Shown here: positions 25,893 to 36,580 of the stretch, piece by piece
Layout: every line of letters starts with the position of its first letter
Numbering within the stretch: the stretch's first letter is position 1
NCBI GenBank assembly: GCA_963514005.1
Contig: OY740783.1
Span: 5,456,001 to 5,520,000, forward strand
From: Raja brachyura
Lineage: Eukaryota
DNA: 64,000 bases
Direction of reading: 5' to 3'
Notes under the pieces: model-generated
Seen by the model: only the letters and a program-made list of their open reading frames with translations
Database searches by the model: none
What the model was told of the DNA's origin: nothing
Program-made: the position numbers and the translations under genes

Positions 25893-26940
25893 TAGAAACA
25901 TAGAAAATAGGTGCAGGAGGAGGCCATTTGGCCCTTCGAGCCAGCACCGCCTTTCATTGTGATCACGGCTGATCGTCCCCAATCAATAACCCGTGCCTGC
26001 CTTCTCCCCATATCCCTTGACTCCACTAGCCCCTAGAGCTCTATCCAACTCTCTCTTAAATCCATCCAGTGACTTGGCCTCCACTGCCCTCTGTGGCAGG
26101 GAATTCCATAAATTCACAATTCTCGGGGTGAAAACTTTTTTTCTCACCTCAGTCTTAAATGACCTCCCCTTTATTCTAAGACTGTGGCCCCTGGTTCTGG
26201 ACTCGCCCAACATTGGGAACATTTTTCCTGCATCTAGCTTGTCCAGTCCTTTTATAATTTTATATGTTTATATGTTTATATATTTCTATAAGATTCCCCC
26301 TCACCAGCAGAGCTACCCCCCCTCCTCTGCCCACCTGCCTGTCCTTTCTATAGGATGTCTAACCCTGAATATGAAGTTTCCAGGCCCGATCCTCCTGCAG
26401 CCACGTCTCAGTAATCCCCACAATGTCATATCTACCAACCTTCAACTGAGCCTCAAGCTCATCTACATTACTTCTTATACTTCACGCATTCATATACAAT
26501 ACTTTTAATTCCTTATGCATCTCACCTTTCACATCGATCCCTATTACACTTGGCCATACTCTCCTATCCCTTTGTGAGCTTCCTTTCCCGTTAATTCTGG
26601 GGGTCATTAACCATCCCTTTACTGTCTTTGCCTTTAACTCCGTCCTCGACTATCCCATTTGACATCCCACCCCCTTATTCAGTTTAAAACCACCCGTGTA
26701 GCAGTGGCAAACCTGCCTGCCAGATTGCCGATCCCCCACCTGTTAAGATGCAATCCCTCCCTTTTGTACAGTTCCCCCTTACTCCAAAACAGATCCCAGT
26801 GATCTAAGAATCTAAATCCCCTCCCCCTGCACCAGTTCCTCAGCTGCACATTCAGGTCCCGTATCTGCCTGTTCCTGCTTTCGCCAGCACGAGGAACTGG
26901 AAGCAAACCGGAGATAACAACCCTGGAGTACTTATCTTCA
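25893..26940 (-). mobile_element. CR1 3' fragment (25893-26300) joined to a CR1 ORF1-end / ORF2-start fragment (26300-26940)
   Basis: MFPMLGESRTRGH...GY; VVISGLLPVP...FLDHWDLF...GLHLN (ORF1 esterase-like). Confidence 0.82.
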
Positions 26941-26959
26941 ATTGCCAAATCCCGCAAAT

Positions 26960-27435
26960 TATATGCATTGCATCATGGACTGGTTCGGCAATTTGAAAGT
27001 CCAGGAACGGAAAAAGACTGTAAAAAGTTTCAATCACTGCCCAGTCTATAACCGGCGCTGACCTCTACATCATCAAAGGGATGTATCGGAGTTGCTGCCT
27101 CAAAAAGGCAGCCAACATCATCGGAGACCCACACCATGCGGGCCACACACTCATCTCACCACTGCCATCGTGAAGAAGGTACAAGAGCCTGAGAACTGTA
27201 ACGTCCAGGCTATTAAACAGCACAACCTCATAAGCTCTGAACGACAATAGACTATTATTATTGCACTGTTATTGTTTGTTCTTTGAATATGTACACACAC
27301 ACACACACTGAACTTTTTTTTCTCACTCTCGTTTATCATATTATTTATGATGTTCACATATTCTGTTGTGCTGCAGCAAGCAAGAATGTAATTGTTCTAT
27401 CTGGGACACATGACAATAAAACACACTTGACTCCA
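26960..27435 (+). mobile_element. Rex1/Babar-like 3' fragment just downstream of the CH1 donor
   Basis: Degenerate ORF2 C-terminus (RSCCLKKAANIIGDPHHAGHTLISPLPS*RRY), 3' end TGACAATAAA...TTGAC. Confidence 0.65.
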
Positions 27436-27473
27436 ACTCCACCCTCAGCCTTGCATTGCACCCCAACACGAAC

Positions 27474-27770
27474 CTGGTAATGGCAGTTTATACTCTTTTT
27501 GGTTGTGCCGAACCACACAGAAGATGTCGCTTTCCCCAGCCACTGCCTCGGTGATGGTTAACTCGCTGCTCCGGGTGTAAGTTCCCAACTTATTGAACAC
27601 TGCCGGGTAGTTCTTCACTCCATCGACCAGGTCTGTATCATCTTTCTTCCAAGATACAATGGCGCCCGCAGGGGAATAGCCCAACGCCAAACAACCGTAG
27701 GTGAACGAACCACTGGAGCCGTGATCCTCGCACGTGAAGAGAATGAAGGGGCTGGGGGGGGAATCAGCCG
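27474..27770 (-). CDS. IGHM: IgM CH1 exon
   Basis: Acceptor CTTGCAG, 297 nt. AADSPPSPFILFTCEDHGSSGSFTYGCLALGYSPAGAIVSWKKDD...SDIFCVVRHNQKEYKLPLP has the C1-set Cys/Trp/Cys plus an N-terminal Cys for light-chain linkage. Donor GTTCGT. Confidence 0.93.
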
Positions 27771-28209
27771 CTGCAAGTTAAAGGTCACATGAATGTTAAA
27801 CTCTCTCTCTTGCTAGTTTTGCAAAATATTCAGTGCGAAGAATCATTATACAGCAATTCGTTACGCAATATTCTATTTCATGAAACTTCACCCGAGTATC
27901 ATAAACTATTAGTTCAACATAGAAAATGGAAACATAGAAAATAGGTGCAGGAGGAGGCCATTCGGCCCATTGAGCCAGCACCACCATTCATTGTGATCAT
28001 GGCTGATTCAACATTCCACCTTGATCCCACCTTGGAGCACATTGGCTGAAAACTTCTTGGGGTGCCAATATCTGGCAGTTACTGTCAAATGCACGCACAA
28101 TTTCCAGTTGGAAATATATCAATAGGCCTCCAGTATTAATTACTGTAAAATTCCCAGGGTTTCTCAGGAATGCTCAATGGCCATAAGTAACGTTACTATC
28201 TCACCAAAC

Positions 28210-28680
28210 TCCTTGTTGTGACTGGGGATGATGGAGTAAGGGCAGAACTAGGGGATACAGTGTGGACACGTGTGAGGGCCTCGTCTATGGTAAACGTGGG
28301 GAATACCCGCTCCCTAAAGAATGAGGAGCACGGATATTCTGGTATGGAACAACTCATCTTGGGAGCAGTTGCGCAGAGACGGTTGAATTTGGGAATAGGA
28401 CATAGAGTCTTTGCAGGAGGCAAGGTTGGAAGAGCTGTAGTCCTGATAGCTGTGAGAGTCCGTAGATTTGCAATTTACGACAGTCGATAGTCTATCTCCT
28501 GCGATGGAGACGGTGAGATCAACAAAGTGGAGGCATTGTGTCGGGGATGGACCCGGTGAAATTGAACGTAGGGTCTCAGTTAGTAGCTAATGAAGTCCAT
28601 GAGTTCTCCATGAGTATAGGAGGAAGAATACGGGGATAGGGGCAGTCTGTGTCAGGGGTTGTTCCATGTACCCAACCAAA
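28210..28680 (-). mobile_element. Penelope-like element RT C-terminal fragment
   Basis: SSFFRERVFP..IDEALTRV..VSPSSALTP and degenerate upstream RT motifs. Confidence 0.7.
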
Positions 28681-28710
28681 TGGAAATTGGTGGAATGATG
28701 TGGAATGTTG

Positions 28711-30685
28711 GAAACGAAATGTTCTGCTATTTTAATTATAGAACAGGGTATCCCACTAATACTTGAATAGAATGAGAATTGGAATCGATGGCTCAAAGGA
28801 GGATTTGACTGATGTTCAAAATTACATTTGCATTAATTTAATTAAAATTAAATAATTAGGTAGGTTTTGCTTGGACCCATGAGAGTGCCCATGGCAAAAC
28901 ATTTGATTTGGAGAGAAGAGTTTGGGTTTTATAAATGGTTCAGAGACTATCCGATCAATTCACAGAAATTGGAAAGAAGACTGGTTTACCATATCAGGCT
29001 CCCGAACATAAATTGAGAGAAGACAAAAAAAAAAAATCACAATCTTGCCATGAACTTGTCCCTAAAATGTGTCAATCGAACCAAACCAACTAAGGAGGTG
29101 GATGGGATTGAAATGGTAGCTCTATTATTTAACGACAAATAACACACCTAAAATGTCACTTAGCACTGTATTTTGTGAAATATCACTCCTATCACTCACG
29201 AAAATATACTGATCATTTGTATGCCGACAGTAATTACAAGTAAATTCCGAAAAGCAATCCAGCCGACATTGGATAAGAACATTACATTCATACCAGATAA
29301 AAAAATATGGAAGAGATTGCATTGGTAAAGATTTTAATTAACTCTCTCAATATAATGTCTACATTAATAAACGTTATGTAATCCAACATCTGGAAGCTAA
29401 ATGTAGCATATAAATTGTAAGAACACTCCTGACTCAAAATTAATAATATTAGGAATATTAGAACACATCAATTAATAACAACGAATAAAATAATTTTTAT
29501 CGATTACAGTTTAATAATTGGGAAAAAATTAATATTGAAATTTTGGAAAGGTCCTACATCCCCCACAATCAAAATGTGGATTACAGGAATGTCGGAGACA
29601 CTTCACCTGGAAAGATTAAGACTTGTCCTACTGGGCAAGTTGGATCAATTCAGAGGGATATGGTCTCCATTTATTGAATATTTAAAGGGTCAAAATGGCT
29701 CGGTGCGAGAACCTGACTGAAGCCTGAATGAAGGAATAGATGAAGAATCACATATAATAATCCATGGATATATCTCCAATGATGTATAACCTGCTCAATA
29801 CTTCATTCATCTTTTTGATTTTCTATTTTTACTTTATTTTTCTCTATTATTTTCTACCTGTATTAAAAAAAAAATTAAATGCATAGAAGTACAAATAAGA
29901 AATAATTGTTAATATTAATGTGACATGTATATTCTTCCTTTAATATGTACTTCGAATAAAAATATTTAACAAAAAGAAAAATAAATAAATAGTAAGAACA
30001 TGTTAGTACTTCGCCATTGAATCAATTGGCACAGGTTTCAAATGTTTGTCTGTGTGCACCATTGCAATGGACTGTCCCTTAATGGATTCAAAAATTAATC
30101 AAATGAATATTAATGTTTTTGCAATGACGCTCAGTTCCGTTTCCAGCATCTTTAAAACGAGTTTACGTTTACAATATCATCGGCACTGGAGAACGAATGA
30201 TTAACGTTGTATCACTGTCTGATCGGAAACAAATTAAAAAGATACCCATCATAAATTACAACCTGCAATCTATTAAAAAAAAATCGAAGTTTGCTTCGTG
30301 ACTTTAACGGCAAAAGTCTTTAATTCATATAGAGGAAGTCTACTTTTAATATTGAAAATGCACAATGTTGGTAAATCAATGTTTTAATTAATTAAATGCA
30401 AATGTAATTTTGAACGTCGCTCAAACCCTCCTATGAGCCATCGATTTAAAGTCTGATTCTGTTCAAGGATTAGTGGGATACCCTGTTCTATAATTAAAAT
30501 AGCAGAAAATCTCGTTCCATTTCCCCAATTTTCTTTTTTTTACCGTAAATTACATTTTTCATTAGCAATTTAGTAAATAGAGGAACGTTATGTTTAAATG
30601 ACATTGGGCGCCGTAGACAAAATTTGATTTCAAATTGTCTTTCTAATAAATGCGTGGATTAAAAATTATTTAAATACTACAGCTG
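28711..30685. promoter_or_regulatory. Candidate J-C intronic enhancer region (two octamers, PU box, E-box)
   Basis: ATTTGCAT 28826-28833 and ATGCAAAT 30396-30403 lie in an inverted duplication; AGAGGAAGT 30331-30339; CAGCTG 30680-30685; AT-rich flanks. Function is inferred. Confidence 0.45.
29426..29985 (+). mobile_element. L1-clade 3' fragment in the J-C intron
   Basis: KFWKGPTSPTIKMW...WSPFIEYL, AATAAA and A-rich tail, about 15-bp TSD TAAAT(T/A)GTAAGAACA (29411-29425 / 29986-30000). Confidence 0.87.
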
Positions 30686-30879
30686 TTCCGAAATGTCCCC
30701 ATTTGACATTCAACGTATTTTCCAAATAGGTAATGTCGTGGTATTGAACAGGAAATTGAGACATGGGTCATGGGGTCGGGCAACACTTGTGGAAGGGGAA
30801 AACCAATACATTTCCAGGTCAACGATACTTGGATGACCAGTTCATGGCAAATTCAATTAAGATTAGAGATGGAACAAAG

Positions 30880-31120
30880 AAATAGATCTTTCTGCCAACC
30901 GAATCCGCGGCGACACACACGTTCTACGTTATCGCATCCACCCCTGACACACCAGGGACAATCACACAGGTCAATTAACCTGCAAACCTGCACATCTTCG
31001 GGACGTGGGAGGAAAGCAGAGCACCAGTAAATAGCATTTAAACCACAGGGAGAATGCACAAATTCCTACACAGTCTGCCACTGATTTCGGAAACGTAGTC
31101 GGCGCTCTGGCGCTACCAGC
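30880..31120 (-). mobile_element. Degenerate V-SINE
   Basis: Reverse complement of the central domain seen at 11590-11620 (CAATTAACCTGCAAACCTGCAC). Confidence 0.65.
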
Positions 31121-32592
31121 TGTCTTTCTGGTCCCAGGCCTGAGATTTGACTTTCGCCGCAGGTTGCCTGACCCTTTAAGTGTTTGCAGAATGTATTGGT
31201 CTTATTAATTTACATCAATTCCTACTTATTTTTAAACATATATCTTCTTTGTGTTTATTGAAATAACCCAATCCGACAGCAATACCCGGTCGTTGCCATT
31301 CGAATTGAACATACAAAAACATCCAATTGTGCAACAACATCGTCTCCCGCAATGACCGGCTGAATGATACCACTGATGGGCTGAATCACACAACACACAT
31401 TGACTGAAACTCTTCACAAAAATCCAAATATTTCTGTCCATAGACTACCGAAATTCATTGGCCAAAAGATGTCCGAGCCAATCATTGTTGAAATAACAAT
31501 GATTAACACAATAACAAATGGACTCCACCAATACATAGATACATAGACAATAGATAGATCCTGTTACTGCTAACCAAACGCGCCGATGTTACTTATTTGC
31601 TAATTGACTCCAGCATCTCCCCCAATACCGATGTCAGGCCAACTGCTCTGTCATTCCCTGCTTTCTCTCTCCCTCCTATCTTGAAAAGTGGGATAACATT
31701 ATCTACCCTTAATCCACAGGAACTGATGCAGAATCTATAGGACATTGCAGAGTGATTACCAATGCTTCCACGATATGGAGACACACCGCCTTCCCAACCC
31801 ATTGTTCAAGCGATTTTGATTGCAACATGCGCCTTAATTGAGTTCAACAAAGAAACTGACAAGTTACTAAAGAACTTTGCACTTCTGTGCTTTGCTGCAA
31901 GAAAATGATACATCTTCAATGCAAGTTTTGTTAGCCATTGGATCAAAGGTGGCAATGCGATTCCACCAATTAATACATACACTTCTTAAATACAAAACTT
32001 GGACATTTTACACCCCTTTCTATCGTTTGTTTCATATAGAAACATAGAAAATAGGTGCAGGAGGAGGCCATTTGGCCCTTCGAGCCAGCACCGCCATTCA
32101 TTGTGATCATGGCTTATCATCCCCAATCAATAACCCGTGCCTGCCTTCTCCCCATATCCCTTGATTCCACTAGCCCCTAGAGCTCTATCTAACTCTCTCT
32201 TAAATCCATGTGTTGAGAAATATGCGTTGAGAACAAACAAACTGAGACAAAGCATCTGCTGTCGATCAGAAAACACAGTTCAATGCATCGCCGATCTGGG
32301 ACCACAACAGTCTCAAACAATTTGAAAGCATGGTGAAGGCAAATTCAAGCACATTTTTTGACTAATTAGGAACTAAATCACATCCGTTTCATCGTCAAAG
32401 GATCGAAGTCATAGCATACAAAGGCACGTTTAATTCAGGAATCTCACTGCAGCGAAATAACATAACATTCTAAAGCAACATCGATCCAACATTGCAATGA
32501 ATTTGTAATTAATGCAGAAGACAATTACTGGAAATATATATTAAAATTACAACTGGATACATCTAGAGACTGAATAGGATGAAGTTTCTTAC

Positions 32593-32640
32593 CGTTGGTT
32601 ACGGTCAACATGGTGCCTCCTCCCCAGTAGTCAAGATAGT
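32593..32640 (-). CDS. IGHJ: JH segment (YLDYWGGGTMLTVTN)
   Basis: WGxG motif, phase-1 donor GTAAG at 32592-32588, upstream RSS. Confidence 0.96.
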
Positions 32641-32679
32641 CACGGTGTTACATTCTATGGGGTTCTTCACACAATAACA
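32641..32679 (-). other. J 5' RSS, 23-bp spacer
   Basis: On the + strand: CACGGTG (32641-32647), 23 nt, ACAATAACA (32671-32679), abutting the J coding sequence. Confidence 0.9.
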
Positions 32680-33006
32680 TGATCTGCACCAGGCAGGCAA
32701 AAAAGAACACAATTCCTGTAAGTATTCGTATTTCACATCTAAGGCGAATGCCTTATTGCTCTTTGAAAACAATGAATGCGTTAAAAATATAATTTCCAAC
32801 AAGAATCAGGTGCCAAGGTGCCATGTATTTTACAGGGCAGTGACATGTGATTAGAATAATTTACATGTAAAATATAAATTACCACAAGTTGCCAATACAA
32901 TAAAAGGTGCTAAAATAGTCCTGGACATGTTTATGCTCCTGTAGGATGAGATATTAAATTGAAAATAGCATATACTGACCCAGACCACGGTATTATGGGT
33001 TGTGGA

Positions 33007-33074
33007 TGTTTTTGTATTGGTAGGAACCGCTGTGCCATCCAGTATACACAGTGAAACATGGCATGACAAATACT
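33007..33074 (-). other. IGHD: D2 segment (coding 33046-33035, TATACTGGATGG) with 12/12 RSSs
   Basis: Minus strand reads AGTATTTGT-12-CACTGTG / TATACTGGATGG / CACAGCG-12-ACAAAAACA. Confidence 0.94.
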
Positions 33075-33323
33075 TCACTCTTCAAGAACTGATGCATGCA
33101 CTGCTCACAGAGGATATGTCCCCGGGCACTATTCGCTGTCACTTTTAAAGCTAAACGGTGTTCTTCCAAAGCTCATATAACATAACGATAACTGGTCGGA
33201 AGACAGTTGGACATTTCTCAAAAACAATCCATATAACTTTAAGCAGTGAACTTCCATTTGAATTTGCTTCGCTCGGCTCTCCAGCTGTGCTCGTAGGTTG
33301 GAACAGGAGAAAAGTAGGTGTGG

Positions 33324-33401
33324 GGTTTTTGTACGGGGAAGTCGCTGTATGCAGCACCGTGACCCACTGTATACACAGTGAGACAGACCCGCACAAAAAC
33401 C
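33324..33401 (-). other. IGHD: D1 segment (coding 33373-33362, TATACAGTGGGT) with 12-bp 5' RSS and 22-bp 3' RSS
   Basis: Minus strand reads GGTTTTTGT-12-CACTGTG / TATACAGTGGGT / CACGGTG-22-ACAAAAACC, the typical chondrichthyan D1 layout. Confidence 0.95.
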
Positions 33402-33477
33402 TCCCATACAGTTCACACTCAGGTTTCATTTGAAATGGCCTTCGACACGATTTTAAATGGCCCAGCAGTTCACAGAG

Positions 33478-33633
33478 AACATAGAAACATAGAAAATAGG
33501 TGCAGGAGTAGGCCATTCGGCCCTTCATTCATCCAACTCAGTATCCCGTACCTGCCTTCTCTCCATACCCTCTGATCCCCTTTAGCCACAAGGGCCACAT
33601 CCAACTCCCTCTTAAATATAGCCAATGAACTGG
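33478..33633 (-). mobile_element. CR1-A 3' tail fragment inside the V-D1 interval
   Basis: (CATAGAAA)n tail and 3' UTR with an internal deletion. Confidence 0.88.
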
Positions 33634-33953
33634 AACATAGTAGACATAACACCAACAATCTCCCTGCATCTCAACTGCGTAATGGAATCAGCATATATTC
33701 GAGGTCTATGATTGTACACAACGCTGTCGGTATGAGTGAAGGAAAGAACAAACCAATCTCACTTGAATGCGCTGGTTACATTTTGAATAATTGCTAGGTT
33801 TATTCTTTGAACCCTTTTTAAACAATGGAACAACATATCGTGTTGGATTTGCCAACGGTAGTTTGCGCTCCATTTTCCGACTGTTATTATAGCTGTTGAA
33901 AAAAAATTCTCACCTCTGGTCTTTGATGGTGAAAGCTGGACTTCCCAACATGC

Positions 33954-33992
33954 CGCTCTTGTACGGGTCTGTCACTGAATCCTCACACTGTG
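33954..33992 (-). other. V 3' RSS, 23-bp spacer
   Basis: Heptamer CACAGTG (33992-33986), 23 nt spacer, nonamer-like ACAAGAGCG (33962-33954). Confidence 0.88.
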
Positions 33993-34293
33993 TCTCTCGC
34001 ACAGTAATAGACAGCGGTGTCTTCGATCCTCAGGTCCCTGGCGGTCACGGTGAACATATTCGAATTGTCTTTGGACGGAGTAAATCGGCTCTCTATCCCC
34101 GGAGCGAAGTGCTTGTCAGTAGGACTGTAGTAGTGAAGCACCCACTCCAGCCCCTGCCCGGGGACCTGACGGACCAAATGCATTTCGGCACTGCTAAGAG
34201 TCAACCCGCTGGTTTTACATTCCAGTGTGATGGAGCCTCCAGGACGGGCCGTCGCTGTCTTGGGCTGAGTTAGAACGATATCGGAATGGACAC
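33993..34293 (-). CDS. IGHV: VH exon of IgM cluster, germline and unrearranged
   Basis: Acceptor CTTGCAG; translates VHSDIVLTQPKTATARPGGSITLECKTSGLTLSSAEMHLVRQVPGQGLEWVLHYYSPTDKHFAPGIESRFTPSKDNSNMFTVTARDLRIEDTAVYYCAR. Both Cys and the YYCAR motif present, no stops, directly followed by an RSS heptamer. Confidence 0.97.
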
Positions 34294-34457
34294 CTGCAAG
34301 TTATAAAAGGCATGAATGGTGAGGAGATAAAATACTGACCATTAATCCCCGACACTAATTATCAAGAGGAAAGACATTGGGAGGGTTGAAGAGTGGGTAG
34401 AAGGGGAATGGCGTTGGGGATCTACCACGTGTGGATTTTGTCCAACTCGTTACTCAC

Positions 34458-34503
34458 GGACTATTAATGCCAGGAACAGACTCAGTGAAACCGCCGACCT
34501 CAT
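34458..34503 (-). CDS. IGHV: IgH leader exon (MRSAVSLSLFLALIV, phase 1)
   Basis: ATG at 34503-34501, 15 hydrophobic codons plus 1 nt, then donor GTGAGT (34457-34452). Splices in frame to the V exon (R-V-H-S|DIVLTQ). Confidence 0.93.
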
Positions 34504-34596
34504 CCCGCTGGGAAGTGTGACCCGGTTTGTTTCTGTACAGAACCTCGCAACAAACCCACTGTAAGGAAGATGGATTTCGGACCCTCTTAGAGAGAA

Positions 34597-34666
34597 TTAA
34601 ATACCCGGCAAAAGAGGGCGTGGCTGTGGGCGGGGCCTGTAAACCGAGTGGTGCAGCGGGCGGAGC
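34597..34666 (-). promoter_or_regulatory. VH core promoter: TATA-like box and GC boxes, no octamer
   Basis: TATTTAA at 34603-34597 (about 95 nt upstream of ATG); GGGCGTGG 34616-34623, GGGCGGGG 34628-34635, GGGCGGAG 34659-34666. Confidence 0.6.
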
Positions 34667-34680
34667 TGAGACACGGCTCC

Positions 34681-35468
34681 CATAGAAACATAGAAACACA
34701 GGTGCAGGAGTAGGCCATTCGGCCCTTCGAGCCTGCACCGCCATTCAATATGATCATGGCTGATCATCCAACTCAGTATCCTGTACCTGCCTTCTCTCCA
34801 TACCCCCTGATCCCTCTAGCCACAAGGGCCACATCTAACTCCCTCTTAAATATAGCCAATGAACTGGCCTCAACTACCTTCTGTGGCAGAGAATTCCACA
34901 GACTCACCACTCTGTGAAAAATGTTTTTCTCATCTCGGTCCTAAAACAATTCCCCCTTATCCTTAAACTGTGACCCCTTGTTCTGGACTTCCCAAACATC
35001 GGGAACAATCTTCCTGCATCTAGCCTGTCCAACCCCTTGAGAATATTGTAAGTTTCTATAAGATCCCCCCTCAATCTTCTAAATTCTTATAGAAACTTAC
35101 AAAATTCTCAAGGGGTTGGACAGGCTAGATGCAGGAAGATTGTTTCCGATGTTGGGGAAGTCCAGAACAAGGGGTCACAGTTTAAGGATAAGGGGGAAAT
35201 ATTTTAGGACCGAGATGAGAAAAACATTTTCACACAGAGAGTGGTGGGTCTCTGGAATTATCTGCCACAGAAGGTAGTTGAGGCCAGTTCATTGGCTATA
35301 TTTAAGAGGGAGTTAGATGTTGCCCTTGTGGCTAGAGGGATCAGGTGGTATGGAGAGAAGGCAGGTATGGGATACTGAGTTGGATGATCAGCCATGATCA
35401 CATTGAATGGTGGTGCAGGCTCGAAGAACCGAATGGCCTTCTCCTGCACCTATTTTCTATGTTTCTAT
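34681..35468. mobile_element. Two CR1-A 3' ends in inverted, tails-out orientation forming a palindrome of about 790 bp
   Basis: Left arm 34681-35063 (minus), right arm 35085-35468 (plus), spacer about 21 nt. Confidence 0.92.
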
Positions 35469-36070
35469 GCAATGAAATGGGCTCAAGAAACGACCATGCG
35501 TCGCAAGACCTATATGGAGTCCACTGGGAAAAAATAAATGTTTCATCAGAGATAGCTACTTGAGGTAACGGAGGTTGAAACCTTCCCATGTGATTCAGCG
35601 CGGTCTAATTTAAAACAGACCGACAAGGCAACAGTTCGGGAGATTATGTTTCATTGCACTGCTGTATTCAGTGGTTTCAAAATGCCAGGATGCAAAAGCA
35701 CAGCCTATGCATTGACAGTTGACCACATTAATTGAAGGATGAAAACCATAGATTCAGGCTGAACAAAATGGAAATAAAATGACAAGAGATGTGAGTGTGT
35801 GAGCAATATTTGAGGTAGACAGACAGACGGACGGACAGACCGACACAGACCGACACAGACAGACACANNNNNNNNNNNNNNNNNNNNNNNNNNNNNNNNN
35901 NNNNNNNNNNNNNNNNNNNNNNNNNNNNNNNNNNNNNNNNNNNNNNNNNNNNNNNNNNNNNNNNNNNNNNNNNNNNNNNNNNNNNNNNNNNNNNNNNNNN
36001 NNNNNNNNNNNNNNNNNNNNNNNNNNNNNTCAAAGGTAGACACAGAATGCTAGTGACATAGAAACATATA

Positions 36071-36580
36071 ACACAGAGAGTGGTGAGTCTCTGGAATTCT
36101 CTGCCACAGAAGGTAGTTGAGGCCAGTTCATTGGCTATATTTAAGAGGGCGTTAGATGTGGCACTTGTGGCTAAAGGGATCAGGGGGTATGGAGAGAAGG
36201 CAGGTACGGGATACTGAGTTGGATGATCAGCCATGATCACATTGAATGGCGGTGCAGGCTCGAAGGGCCGAATGGCCTACTCCTGCACCTATTTTCTATG
36301 TTTCTATGTTTCTATAAAATAGGTGCAGGAGGAGGCCACTCGGCCCTTTGAGCCAGCACCGCCATTCATTGTGATCATGGCTGATCGTCCCCTATCAATA
36401 ACCCGTGCCTGCCTTCTCCCCATATCCCTTGACTCCACTAGTCCCTAGAGCTCTATCTAACTCTCTCTTAAATCCATCCAGTGACTTGGCCTCCACTGCC
36501 CTCTGTGGCAGGGAATTCCATAAATTCACAACTCTCTGGGTGAAAACGTTTTTTTCTCCCCTTTATTCGAAGACATTTAT
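36071..36580. mobile_element. Tail-to-tail CR1 3' fragments (plus 36071-36315, minus 36316-36580)
   Basis: Both carry the CR1 3' UTR and meet at the TTTCTATG tail. Confidence 0.85.

Noticed and set aside
14445-34503. IgW, IgNAR or germline-joined IgM identity
   Set aside because: Four C domains with a mu-type tailpiece, CH1 with a light-chain Cys, two D segments, and separate V, D and J with intact RSSs.
34525-34563. RSS-like sequence in the VH 5' UTR (TACAGTG-23-GAAACAAAC on minus)
   Set aside because: Lacks the essential CAC start and has a poor nonamer; likely chance.
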